64,000 bases of DNA from a virus. The translations under genes were made by a program, and so were the position numbers. The notes beneath the pieces were generated by a model. That model saw only the letters and a program-made list of their open reading frames with translations. It was not told where the DNA came from and did no database searches. Where the stretch lies: positions 32,001-96,000 of the IMG/VR virus record IMGVR_UViG_3300025133_000036; one strand, 5' to 3'. This document shows, one piece after another, positions 1 to 9,656 of this stretch. Each line of letters begins with the position of its first letter. Position 1 is the first letter of the stretch.

Positions 1-1164
1 ACTGAATATCAAAACTATGAAGTAGCACATTTCAGACTACTTTCCGATTCTAATTATGCTCCATACGGTAAAGCAATGGTTGAAGGTGCTAGAAGAACTT
101 GGAAACAATTAAGTCTTATGGAAGATGCTATGTTAATACATCGTATCATGAGAGCACCAGAAAAAAGAATTTTTAAAGTCGATATTGGTAATTTACCTCC
201 AAATGAAGTAGATACATACATGAAAAGAATCATCGATAAGATGAAAAAAGCCCCAGTCGTCGATGAAAATACAGGCGAATATAATCTAAAATACAATATG
301 CAAAACCTTACAGAAGATTTTTATCTACCAGTTCGAGGAGGCGATTCTGGAACATCAATTGAATCTCTTCCAGGATTAACATATGAAGCTGTTGAAGATA
401 TTGAGTATCTACGAAACAGAATGCTTGCTTCATTAAAGATTCCTAAAGCATTTTTAGGGTATGAAGAAAATGTTGGATCAAAAGCTACTTTAGCCGCCGA
501 AGATGTTAGATTTGCCCGCACAATTGAAAGAATTCAGCGAATTACAATTAGTGAATTAACAAAAATTGCCGTTGCGCACTTATATGCTCAAGGTTTTACT
601 GATTCCGGTTTAGTTGATTTTGAATTAGAATTAACTAATCCATCTACAATATATGAACAAGAACGACTTGAACTATGGGATTCAAAACAACGTATTGCTA
701 AAGATATGGCCGATGCAAATTTGGTTTCAAAACAGTGGCTTTATGATAACATCTTTAATTTCAGTGCTGAAGAAGTTTCTAAAGTTGAAGGTGAAATATT
801 AGACGATAAAAAGACATTATTTAGATTAGGTTCTATAGAAAATGAGGGAAATGATCCAGCGAAGCCGGCGGAAGAAGGGCAAATGCAACAGCCGGAATCA
901 AGTCCAAGAAACAATGAAGAAACTCACGAAAAAAGCAATAGGGACACAATGGACCGTGATACCTATGACGTTAAAGATGTCCTCGGTAAGCATGATTATA
1001 CTCACAGTATTGGACGTGACCCGTCTCCTGTTAAACATAATTATAGGAAGAGTCCATTAGCATTATCGCACATAGATCGTATGGCAAAGAGCTTTGGAAA
1101 TAAGGAAACCAAAATTATTCAAGAGATCGATAATCTAGACGACACACTAAAAGAAACCAAGTAA
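1..1164 (+). CDS. Portal vertex protein (T4 gp20-like), 5'-truncated by the window
   Basis: Frame is open from base 1 (TEYQNYEVAHFRLLSD...). Contains gp20-type motifs LMEDAMLIHRIMRAPEKRIFKVDIGNLP and EDFYLPVRGG. Confidence 0.93.
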   Translation, partial: TEYQNYEVAHFRLLSDSNYAPYGKAMVEGARRTWKQLSLMEDAMLIHRIMRAPEKRIFKVDIGNLPPNEVDTYMKRIIDKMKKAPVVDENTGEYNLKYNMQNLTEDFYLPVRGGDSGTSIESLPGLTYEAVEDIEYLRNRMLASLKIPKAFLGYEENVGSKATLAAEDVRFARTIERIQRITISELTKIAVAHLYAQGFTDSGLVDFELELTNPSTIYEQERLELWDSKQRIAKDMADANLVSKQWLYDNIFNFSAEEVSKVEGEILDDKKTLFRLGSIENEGNDPAKPAEEGQMQQPESSPRNNEETHEKSNRDTMDRDTYDVKDVLGKHDYTHSIGRDPSPVKHNYRKSPLALSHIDRMAKSFGNKETKIIQEIDNLDDTLKETK

Positions 1165-1180
1165 TTTATCTGTAATCCCA

Positions 1181-1189
1181 ATATTTATA
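1181..1189 (+). promoter_or_regulatory. Putative phage late promoter motif ATATTTATA
   Basis: The same motif precedes structural operons at 5123, 7974, 26602, 36864, 39389 and 41047. Confidence 0.55.
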
Positions 1190-1226
1190 AATGAACTACT
1201 TTAGCTAAAAGGAATTTTTTTCTAAA

Positions 1227-2069
1227 ATGAAACATTCAAAGTATAAAAACACAGGGCTTCTCTTTGAGTTGCTAGTAAGACAAATAACCGCAGACATCTT
1301 AAATAGCAATAAGACTGGAGTAGCCGAAACAATTTTGAAAACTAGTTTCAATAAAAACTCTGAATTATTTAAAGAGAATAAATATTTTAATGTGTTGATT
1401 GAAAACAAAGTTAAAACACCAGATCATGCTAAAGAGCTAATCGAAAATACTATTAAAGCATATACTAGGAACATTAATACTAGCAAGCTTAATAAAGAAA
1501 AATATTTGCTTATAAAACAAATGAAAGAAAATTTTCATTTAAATGATTTTTTAAAGTCAAAGGTTGCGAATTATAAATTACTAGCATCTATACACAATGT
1601 TTTATCTGAAAATATTGATAACCCAGTTTCATATACAAAATCAAAAACGACATTAATCGAACACATGACAGCTGTTGACAAAGAAGTGGATTCTTCAACA
1701 GTCGCAACATTAAGAAAAGAAAATAAAGATTTGCGAATTTTAGCATACAGAGTACTGGTTGAAAGGTTCAATAAGAAATATGATACATTATTGAGCAGTC
1801 AAAAAGACGTCTTGAGAGAATACATTAATAACATTAGTAATACAAATGGTTTACAAGAATATTTAACATCAAATTTTAATATGGTTTTACGTGAATTAAA
1901 AACGTCATTATCTAAAATTGAAAATAAAGTTATCAAGATAAAATTAAAAGAATGTATTACACTTATACGTGAAACAAAACCTTCAAATCGCTCGTATTCA
2001 AAAGATATTCTCAAGTTAATGAGATTCCATCAGCTTCTAGAAGATGTAAGAAATGCAATTAAAGCTTAA
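1227..2069 (+). CDS. Hypothetical protein in head module
   Basis: 280 aa helical, basic ORF between portal and protease genes. Confidence 0.75.
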   Translation: MKHSKYKNTGLLFELLVRQITADILNSNKTGVAETILKTSFNKNSELFKENKYFNVLIENKVKTPDHAKELIENTIKAYTRNINTSKLNKEKYLLIKQMKENFHLNDFLKSKVANYKLLASIHNVLSENIDNPVSYTKSKTTLIEHMTAVDKEVDSSTVATLRKENKDLRILAYRVLVERFNKKYDTLLSSQKDVLREYINNISNTNGLQEYLTSNFNMVLRELKTSLSKIENKVIKIKLKECITLIRETKPSNRSYSKDILKLMRFHQLLEDVRNAIKA

Positions 2070-2457
2070 AGAACTTATACGCAATATGATTCGTAAAGAA
2101 TTGGCAGAAATGTCAACATCTGGAGCTGCGGCCCCATATGCAACGCCAAATGCCTTTACTGATAAGGAAAAAGATAAAGATGAGTTAAAACTTTCTGACG
2201 GTATGAGCGTTGTTGAAGAAGGTTACTATCATTGGAGAAACGATGATAGCTTATCTACAAAGCAAAAAATTGCTAAGTCTATGACCGAAATCCGGAATAA
2301 AATTTCTGAAATAGAAAAAATTGTTAAGCATAATGTAAAGCTTAAAAATGAAACAAAGTTTAAATCAGATCAATATTACAAAAGAACAAAGGGCGCTCTT
2401 CATAAAATCTCTGAAAAATTAATGAGATTATCAACAAGAATTAAGGATTTAGTATAA
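2053..2457 (+). CDS. Hypothetical protein, possible prohead core/internal protein
   Basis: 134 aa with a KLKELI...LAE N-terminal leader and coiled-coil C-terminus; directly precedes the protease gene. Confidence 0.7.
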   Translation: MQLKLKELIRNMIRKELAEMSTSGAAAPYATPNAFTDKEKDKDELKLSDGMSVVEEGYYHWRNDDSLSTKQKIAKSMTEIRNKISEIEKIVKHNVKLKNETKFKSDQYYKRTKGALHKISEKLMRLSTRIKDLV

Positions 2458-3047
2458 TGGATAAGAGATTAATAGTAGACACAATACCATTTGATGTCAC
2501 ACCAGAAAAAATTAATGAATCAATGAGTTCCAATGGCGGCCGGCTTATTGTTAAGGGTGTATTGCAAAGAGCCGAATCTCAAAATCAGAATGGTCGGGTT
2601 TACCCAAGAGAAATTCTCATGAGAGAAGCCAAAAAATATACTGACGAGTTTATTAAAGAACGTAGAGCTATGGGAGAATTAGATCACCCAGATTCATCAG
2701 TAGTAAATTTACAAAATGTATCTCATAACATATTAGAAATGCATTGGCAAAATAATGATCTTGTTGGAACAGTCGAAGTATTAAGTACCCCAGCCGGAAA
2801 CATTTTAAAAGAATTATTTAAAGGTGGTATTAAATTAGGTATAAGTTCAAGGGGTTTAGGTTCAATTAAAAGTGAATCAAAGGGTGATGAAGTTCAAAGT
2901 GATTTTGAATTAATTGCGTTTGATTTTGTTTCTAATCCTTCTACTCACGGAGCATTTTTAAGCCCTGTGAATGAATCAAAAAATAATGTTCACAATAAGT
3001 GGGCAAAAGTTGAACGAGACATTATAAACATTTTATTAGGAAACTAA
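2457..3047 (+). CDS. Prohead core protease (T4 gp21-like)
   Basis: Motifs NQNGRVYP, AMGELDHP, VSHNI, GISSRGLGS and FDFVSNPST. Confidence 0.93.
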   Translation: MDKRLIVDTIPFDVTPEKINESMSSNGGRLIVKGVLQRAESQNQNGRVYPREILMREAKKYTDEFIKERRAMGELDHPDSSVVNLQNVSHNILEMHWQNNDLVGTVEVLSTPAGNILKELFKGGIKLGISSRGLGSIKSESKGDEVQSDFELIAFDFVSNPSTHGAFLSPVNESKNNVHNKWAKVERDIINILLGN

Positions 3048-3048
3048 A

Positions 3049-3534
3049 ATGAAATTAAAAGATATATTAGAAGAATCTATAGGTGGAATAGTATTTCCAC
3101 AAGCACTTAATTCCCCATTTAGAGAATCACGTTCAAATTCAAGCTTAGTAAAAGTTGCTAAAGAAGTATTAAAACATAATTCTGAAGCTTCAATAATGGA
3201 AAAAGAAGAACTAGTATCATCAGTAAATAAATTTCAATCTTTAGGTAAAGATATTTATGGACCGAAAAACATTGCTGAAATAGGCCAGCAACTTGTTAAA
3301 ATGGCTGAAGCTTCTCAGCAACATGTTGTTGATGAGACTAAAGATTGGTTCGATGCAGTTACTGTAAAAAGAAACATGACTGAATTAAAAAACCACGCTA
3401 ATAAGTTTAATAAGTTAGCGTCAGAAGCAAAAGCTTTACAAGATAGAATGTCCGCATTATACGAAGATATGGGCATGATATATAATCGCTATTTTGAAAT
3501 ACAAGAAATTAAAGAGATAGAAGATGCTTCTTAA
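3049..3534 (+). CDS. Hypothetical protein, putative internal head protein
   Basis: 161 aa; begins MKLKDILEE; coiled-coil C-terminus. Confidence 0.7.
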   Translation: MKLKDILEESIGGIVFPQALNSPFRESRSNSSLVKVAKEVLKHNSEASIMEKEELVSSVNKFQSLGKDIYGPKNIAEIGQQLVKMAEASQQHVVDETKDWFDAVTVKRNMTELKNHANKFNKLASEAKALQDRMSALYEDMGMIYNRYFEIQEIKEIEDAS

Positions 3535-4039
3535 AGAACATTATCAAGAAATGTATGGAAAGCTTCACGAAGCGAGTTATAGCTTATCAAAGGCCGCTGA
3601 ACTTATGGGAAGTGGCGATAAAGATGAACAATGGGATGCTGCAATTGCATTGACTGGTGGTAATATTCGTGCTACATCTTTAAAGAAAAATGAAATTTAT
3701 ATAATGCGCGAAAGAAATACCTCACATCATTTTAATTATTCAATGGACCGGTTTCCTGTTATATTTTTAGGATCTGGCAAAGGTACGTATGATCAAGATG
3801 CGAATAAAACAAAGTATGATTGGTTTGGTGCGAATAAGAAATTAAAAACCATGGATTACGGTGAATATTATTATTTTAAGGGTGCCGAGGTTAATCGATC
3901 AACAGGTAAATTTAAAAGAGCCTATATGTTTGGTGCATACGAATGGCGAGGAGCGTTAGCTATCGGATCCGGCGCCAATAAGGTTTCGTTATATAAATTT
4001 GATTCTTCAGAAGCTAAAAATTATGGAGTAGACCAATGA
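3524..4039 (+). CDS. Hypothetical protein
   Basis: 171 aa ORF overlapping both neighbours; ends in a TGA/ATG overlap. Confidence 0.7.
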   Translation: MLLKEHYQEMYGKLHEASYSLSKAAELMGSGDKDEQWDAAIALTGGNIRATSLKKNEIYIMRERNTSHHFNYSMDRFPVIFLGSGKGTYDQDANKTKYDWFGANKKLKTMDYGEYYYFKGAEVNRSTGKFKRAYMFGAYEWRGALAIGSGANKVSLYKFDSSEAKNYGVDQ

Positions 4040-4530
4040 TTAAACTTAAATCTTTATTAATCGAAAAACTTAAAGATACAGATTCAATATGGGATCCAAA
4101 TGGTCCTATGAATAGAGATATTATTTTAACTGCTCTAAAAAAAGATAGAAAAATTATGAAGCATGTTGGTAAAGCAGATGAAGATATGTATTGGGATGAC
4201 GTTGATCTTGTGGCCGGTGGAGATTCTGGAGAAACAATTGCTACTATGAAAAGAAATATGACATATGGTAAATTTAAAAACGCTATATTGAAAGCGAAGC
4301 CTAAAAAATGGCAAGAACAGGTTGAAAAACTTACAGAATCTACAGATGTTTTTGATTATAATGAAATGGTCATAGAAGAGATGCAAGATGAAGTTAATGG
4401 CTATACTAAGTCATGGTTAAAAAATAATCGTATAATGGAAGAATCGTATGCATACAAGGTATTAAAAAAGTATGATAAGTTATTGGCAGTATTGATGAAA
4501 AAATGCGATAAAGAACTACAACGATTTTAA
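4036..4530 (+). CDS. Hypothetical protein, putative internal head protein
   Basis: 164 aa; begins MIKLKSLLIE; GGAG SD upstream. Confidence 0.7.
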   Translation: MIKLKSLLIEKLKDTDSIWDPNGPMNRDIILTALKKDRKIMKHVGKADEDMYWDDVDLVAGGDSGETIATMKRNMTYGKFKNAILKAKPKKWQEQVEKLTESTDVFDYNEMVIEEMQDEVNGYTKSWLKNNRIMEESYAYKVLKKYDKLLAVLMKKCDKELQRF

Positions 4531-4532
4531 AT

Positions 4533-4904
4533 TTGGACACATCTATGAAAAACTCTAAAACTATGACTGAAAACTGGGCAAAGAAAATAGACATTCTTTC
4601 AAACCAAAAAGGACATATATCTAATCATCATCCTGCCAATGCATTTGTTCCTATAAAAGAAGCCGATGAGGATAGCGCAGCAAATGCAGATATGAAGGAA
4701 GCCGAAAAACTTAAAAAACCTCTAACAAATGCCATTGCAGGAATTGGAAGATCAATGGATAATATCAATAGAATGATGTCATCATTTAATGCTCCAGGTT
4801 TAAAGCATGCATTTATAGATGCAATTAAAGTAGGTGTTAAACGTCAAGGTAAGTTTGATGAACGAGCAGCATATAAACGTTTCGAAGAATATTTTAATCG
4901 ATAG
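4533..4904 (+). CDS. Hypothetical protein (start may be ATG at 4545)
   Basis: 123 aa ORF filling the operon gap. Confidence 0.65.
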   Translation: MDTSMKNSKTMTENWAKKIDILSNQKGHISNHHPANAFVPIKEADEDSAANADMKEAEKLKKPLTNAIAGIGRSMDNINRMMSSFNAPGLKHAFIDAIKVGVKRQGKFDERAAYKRFEEYFNR

Positions 4905-4912
4905 GAGGCCGC

Positions 4913-5110
4913 ATGGCAATATACGTTAAGGTTATGAATAATAAATTTGAATTTGCGCTAAAGAAATTCAAAAAGAAAGTTAAAGAGTCTGGTATTTTAC
5001 ATGAATTACAACAAAGACAGTTTTATGAAAAACCTTCAGCTATAAAACGCGATAAAAATGCTAAAGCCAGGTTACGCCAACAGATAAGATCAAAAAAAGC
5101 TGAACTTTAG
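4913..5110 (+). CDS. rpsU: Phage-encoded 30S ribosomal protein bS21
   Basis: 65 aa basic protein with ALKKFKKKVKESGILHELQQRQFYEKPSAIKR, the bS21 signature; AGGAGG SD upstream. Confidence 0.92.
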   Translation: MAIYVKVMNNKFEFALKKFKKKVKESGILHELQQRQFYEKPSAIKRDKNAKARLRQQIRSKKAEL

Positions 5111-5122
5111 TAATGTTATATC

Positions 5123-5131
5123 ATATTTATA
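5123..5131 (+). promoter_or_regulatory. Putative late promoter ATATTTATA for the scaffold/capsid operon
   Basis: Recurring intergenic motif. Confidence 0.55.
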
Positions 5132-5230
5132 CCAAAATATAATGCACCTACGTTTGTTAGGTGTTCCAACATTAATCAATTCTGATTATAGTTCCAAATA
5201 ACTATACAAATCTCTAAAAGGGAAAATAAA

Positions 5231-6259
5231 ATGGAAGACATTTTAAAAGAAGCAATTGCTGATGCCAAAGCAGTACGCGAAACAGCACTAGCAAATGCAA
5301 AATTAGTCCTTGAAGAGGCATTCACACCACATCTAAAATCAATGCTTTCTAAAAAGCTTCAAAGTGAAGAAGAAGGAATGGAAGCAGAAGATGAGGAAAT
5401 GACCGATGAGGAATATTCGGATGAAGATGAAGAAATGGCTTCATCAGATATAGGTGATGCTGAAAATGAAGAACCTGCCGCTGCTGCTTCTGAAGCAGAT
5501 GCACAAGGTCCTGAAGAAGAAGGCGCACCTGTTGAACCCGGTATGGAAGATGAAGATGCTGAAGAAGCATCTGATCAACCTATGGGTGAAACTGAAGAAC
5601 CTGGTATGGAAGACGAAGACGAAGAAGGAATGGAAGCTGAAGATGAAGATCTAGCAGAAGTTCTACGTCAACTTGAACAAGAAATGGGAATGGAAGACGA
5701 AGACGAAGAAGAAATCGCTGAAGAAGGCGAACCCGGCATGGAAGATGAAGAAGATGAGCCAGTTGCCGAAGAAGAAGGTATGGAAGATGAAGACGACGAT
5801 GTAGATCTTGACGAAATCATTAAAGCTCTTTCTGAAGAAGAAGGAATGGAAGATGAAGACGAAGATGAAGCTGCACCCGCTGAAGAAGCCATGGTACCTG
5901 CTGCTGAACTCGAAGAGTACAAGCAAACAGTACATTATCTAAAAGATAAGCTTTCTGAAGTTAACCTTCTCAACGCTAAACTTCTTTATACGAATAAGCT
6001 TTTCAGAAGCAGAAACGTATCTGAAACACAGAAAATGAAAGTTATCGAACAATTTGACCGCGCTGCTAACGTACGCGAAGTTAAACTTGTTTATACTACA
6101 TTTGCTGAGTCAATGACACGTACAACTGTTAATGAGTCCGCCAAGCGTAAGAGTCAAGCTTCTAAGCCTGTTGCTTCAACTAAGTCCAAAAGACCAATCA
6201 TCGGCGAATCTGTTGACTTTGTCAGCAGAATGCAAAAACTAGCTAACATTAATAAATAA
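5231..6259 (+). CDS. Prohead core scaffolding protein (gp22-like)
   Basis: Immediately upstream of the major capsid gene; helical termini flank a very acidic middle with GME(D/A)E repeats. Confidence 0.8.
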   Translation: MEDILKEAIADAKAVRETALANAKLVLEEAFTPHLKSMLSKKLQSEEEGMEAEDEEMTDEEYSDEDEEMASSDIGDAENEEPAAAASEADAQGPEEEGAPVEPGMEDEDAEEASDQPMGETEEPGMEDEDEEGMEAEDEDLAEVLRQLEQEMGMEDEDEEEIAEEGEPGMEDEEDEPVAEEEGMEDEDDDVDLDEIIKALSEEEGMEDEDEDEAAPAEEAMVPAAELEEYKQTVHYLKDKLSEVNLLNAKLLYTNKLFRSRNVSETQKMKVIEQFDRAANVREVKLVYTTFAESMTRTTVNESAKRKSQASKPVASTKSKRPIIGESVDFVSRMQKLANINK

Positions 6260-6269
6260 GGAGAATCTC

Positions 6270-7889
6270 ATGTCTTTTAACAAACAAATAAAAGATGTTA
6301 TGGGTGGATACAATCCTCATAATGAGTTGCTAGCTTCCTCTCGTAAATTGGTAAATAAGTGGGAACCCACTGGCCTCTTAGAAGGAATCAACAATGAGTC
6401 GGAAGTCGCTGGTATGGCTGTGCTCTTGGAAAACCAAGCAAAACAGCTTATCGACGAAGCTTCTCAAGTCGGAACTTCAGCTAATCAAGAACAATGGAGT
6501 GGCGTTGCCCTTCCTCTAGTTCGTAGGATTTTCGCTGAACTTTCTGCACAGGAATTTGTTTCTGTCCAACCAATGAATCTACCATCAGGTCTGATTTTCT
6601 ATCTTGATTTCAAGTATGGATCAACTCAGCAAGACGGTAAGCTTCATGCAAAAGACTCTGATCTTTATGGTAACACATCAAGTTCAGGGGACCCTAGCGG
6701 TGGCCTTTACGGCGCCGGCAAATGGGGCTATTCAATTAACGATACTCACTCAGATGTGACATATACGACTGCTTCTGCTACTATTGCGGATGTACGTTGG
6801 GATGCTAATCTATCTGCTTCACTAGCAGCTGGTAGTTTAGTAAAACTTATTGTCTCTTCATCTCAGTTGAGTGAACCGGACTTGGACGGTGTAAAAGCAT
6901 TTGCTATTACTGGTTCGGGTGTTGATGCACTTACTGCATTCTACCCAGCTTTTACTAGCTATGACGCTACAACTGGATTTATCAGCTTTATTGTTGATCC
7001 AACCGAAACCAACTTGTCTGGTTCTGGCAATTCGATTCACGTAGCTTATCACAAACAGCCAGTAGACACCTCTCGCGGTGACTTCGAAGCTGCATCAGCT
7101 GCTGAAGGATCTAATCCTGAAGAAACGAATGCTGGAATTCCTGAAGTTGACATTCAGATGAAGTCAATTCCAATTACTGCTAAAACTCGTAAGTTGAAAG
7201 CTGTTTGGACTCCTGAGCTTGCTCAAGATCTTAACGCTTATCATGCTGTCGATGCTGAAGCAGAATTGACTGCTCTTTTATCTGAGTATGTAACAATGGA
7301 AATCGATTTGGAAATAATCGATATGTTGAAGCAAAATGCTTCTGCTAAAACCGAAAACTGGTCAGCTAAAGTTGGCTATGAGTATAACAATAGTGTATAC
7401 AGTGAACTCACTGGTGCATCTAATGCATACACTAAAGGTGATTGGTATCAAACTCTTGGACATAAGATACAGTCAGTATCTAATGCAATTCACAAGAAAA
7501 CCTTAAGAGGTGGAGCTAACTTTATGGTCGTAAGTCCTGAAGTTGCTACTATTCTTGAAGTAATCCCTGGATTCGCTACAGATTCTGATGCTGATGTCAC
7601 GAAATCCTATGCGATGGGTGTTCAAAAGATTGGTAATTTAGCGAACCGTTTCAACGTATTTAAGAACCCTTACCTACAAGATGATCAAATTCTTATTGGA
7701 TTCAGGGGTGCTCAGTTCTTAGAAACTGGCGCTGTATATGCACCTTACGTGCCTATGATCTTAACACCGGTTGTTTACGATCCAACTAACTTCACTCCTC
7801 GTAGAGGCGTGATGACACGTTATGCTAAGAAAATGATTCGTTCTGAATTCTATGGCTTAGTTAACGTTGCCGATTCAGGTCTTGTTTAA
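6270..7889 (+). CDS. Major capsid protein (T4 gp23-like)
   Basis: Motifs LLENQ, LPLVRR, VQPMNLPSGLIFYL, AKTRKLKAVWTPELAQDLNAYH, YAPYVP and FTPRRGVMTRY. Confidence 0.96.
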   Translation: MSFNKQIKDVMGGYNPHNELLASSRKLVNKWEPTGLLEGINNESEVAGMAVLLENQAKQLIDEASQVGTSANQEQWSGVALPLVRRIFAELSAQEFVSVQPMNLPSGLIFYLDFKYGSTQQDGKLHAKDSDLYGNTSSSGDPSGGLYGAGKWGYSINDTHSDVTYTTASATIADVRWDANLSASLAAGSLVKLIVSSSQLSEPDLDGVKAFAITGSGVDALTAFYPAFTSYDATTGFISFIVDPTETNLSGSGNSIHVAYHKQPVDTSRGDFEAASAAEGSNPEETNAGIPEVDIQMKSIPITAKTRKLKAVWTPELAQDLNAYHAVDAEAELTALLSEYVTMEIDLEIIDMLKQNASAKTENWSAKVGYEYNNSVYSELTGASNAYTKGDWYQTLGHKIQSVSNAIHKKTLRGGANFMVVSPEVATILEVIPGFATDSDADVTKSYAMGVQKIGNLANRFNVFKNPYLQDDQILIGFRGAQFLETGAVYAPYVPMILTPVVYDPTNFTPRRGVMTRYAKKMIRSEFYGLVNVADSGLV

Positions 7890-7920
7890 TTAAATTAAAT
7901 TAAACTGATCTATTCAAATA

Positions 7921-7949
7921 AAAAAGGGGCTCTCTGAGCCCCTTTTTTT
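7921..7949 (+). terminator. Rho-independent terminator after the major capsid gene (bidirectional-looking)
   Basis: AAAAAGGGGCTC-TCT-GAGCCCCTTTTTTT. Confidence 0.9.
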
Positions 7950-8014
7950 ATGTACTACAACTCCTACTTCTTTATATTTATTCTTGAAAACGTTTTCAAT
8001 TGGAGAATAAAATT

Positions 8015-9169
8015 ATGGCTGTACCAATTTGGCAAGGTAGCAGTTCATTTTCTGCAGGAAATACTCCGTATGGTTTTTATGATGCAGAAAATAGCTTTAC
8101 ATCGTCCGCTGATCAATTTGCAGACTGGGCCGCAAGACGGCTTGGATACCCTATAGTCGATATAGAATTACAATCTGGTTCTTTTTATGCGTGCTTTGAA
8201 GAATCTGTTACAGAATATAGTGCACAAGTTAACCAATTCAACATAAGAGATAACATGTTGCACCTACAGGGCCAATCTACTGGTTCTAATTTAACGGGTA
8301 AAAAAATAACACCAACACTTGGACGTACTGTTTTTTTAAGTCAACAGTATGGAACAGAAGCAGGCGTTGGAGGATTTATTGATTGGAAAAAAGGAAGTAT
8401 TGACGTCGTAAGCGGAAGTCAAGATTATGATCTTAATGCATTGTGGTCTACTGTATCTGAATCCGGAAAAGCGATTGAAGTTAAAAAAGTTTATCACGAA
8501 GCGTTACCTGCAGCAAATAAATATTTCGATCCATATTCTACAACAGGATATGGAACAGCAAATTTTGTAGACAACTTCTTTGGCTCAGATAAATATTCGC
8601 CCGCGGTGTCATTTGTTTTAATGCCAATGTTTGAAGACTTATTACGAATGCAAGCAATAGAATTTAATGATCAATTTAGAAAATCTTCATATTCTTTTAC
8701 TCTGATAAATAATAAATTAAGAATATTCCCAATACCTGAGAACACAACAAAATTATGGTTCGATTACATCTTAACTGAGGAAAGAAATAATACTCTCATT
8801 ACGGCTAGCGGTGAAACTGCAAATGTAATTTCGGACTATTCTAATGTTCCATACAACAATATGCAATATTTACATATTAATGATGTTGGTAAACAATGGA
8901 TCCGGAAATATGGTTTAGCATTGTGTAAAGAATTATTAGGAACTATTAGAAGTAAATTCGCAACTGTACCGATTCCCAATTCGGAAATAACTTTAGACGG
9001 TGATACCTTAAGGGCTGAAGCTGCAACTGACAAGGAGGCTCTTTTAGCTGAATTAAGAGAAACTCTTGAACAGACTAGTCGAAAAATATTGATGGAAACG
9101 GATAGTGAAGAAAGTACACGACTACAAGAAAAACTTAATAAAGTTCCACTTAATATCTATATAGGATAA
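8015..9169 (+). CDS. Neck/head-tail adaptor protein (T4 gp13-like)
   Basis: RRLGYPIVDIEL at the N-terminus and ITLDGDTLRAEA...LRETLE at the C-terminus. GGAG SD favours ATG 8015 over TTG 8000. Confidence 0.8.
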   Translation: MAVPIWQGSSSFSAGNTPYGFYDAENSFTSSADQFADWAARRLGYPIVDIELQSGSFYACFEESVTEYSAQVNQFNIRDNMLHLQGQSTGSNLTGKKITPTLGRTVFLSQQYGTEAGVGGFIDWKKGSIDVVSGSQDYDLNALWSTVSESGKAIEVKKVYHEALPAANKYFDPYSTTGYGTANFVDNFFGSDKYSPAVSFVLMPMFEDLLRMQAIEFNDQFRKSSYSFTLINNKLRIFPIPENTTKLWFDYILTEERNNTLITASGETANVISDYSNVPYNNMQYLHINDVGKQWIRKYGLALCKELLGTIRSKFATVPIPNSEITLDGDTLRAEAATDKEALLAELRETLEQTSRKILMETDSEESTRLQEKLNKVPLNIYIG

Positions 9170-9173
9170 TCTT

Positions 9174-9656
9174 ATGGCTGGAAGATTTATACGATCAAGA
9201 GACGTAGAATTTTTTGATACCGTGAATAAAGAACTTGTAGGAGATCCTATAAAGTCAAAACCTGGGGTTATCAACCAAGAAGTTACAGCATTTAAAGTTT
9301 CTGTATACGAAACTAAAACAAATTTATATGGCGAATCGTCTTCAGGTAGAACATATCAAAAAGGTATATCGTTAAACTGTATAGTAGAAGCAGATGATTT
9401 CGATTATGAACTTACAGAATTTGGACCAGATGTAAACTTTAATGCTACTTTTTCATTTTTACGTCAATCATTAAAAGAAGCAAGTTATGTTCCCGATGTT
9501 GGGGATATTCTCAAATGGAACTATGCACATTGGGAAATTAATGCTATAAATGAGAATCAATTAATAGGCGGTATGCAAGATCAAAACCATTCTGTTGTAT
9601 GCACCGCCCATATTACAGAGATTTCTAGATTAAATATTGAAAGAGTGAGATCATAG
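9174..9656 (+). CDS. Head closure/neck protein (T4 gp14-like)
   Basis: Follows gp13-like gene; motifs NLYGES and PDVGDILKW. Confidence 0.7.
   Translation: MAGRFIRSRDVEFFDTVNKELVGDPIKSKPGVINQEVTAFKVSVYETKTNLYGESSSGRTYQKGISLNCIVEADDFDYELTEFGPDVNFNATFSFLRQSLKEASYVPDVGDILKWNYAHWEINAINENQLIGGMQDQNHSVVCTAHITEISRLNIERVRS

Noticed and set aside
5349-5935. Ser-rich and Phe/Leu-rich antisense ORFs opposite the scaffold gene
   Set aside because: Artefacts of GAA/GAT-rich acidic repeats on the sense strand.
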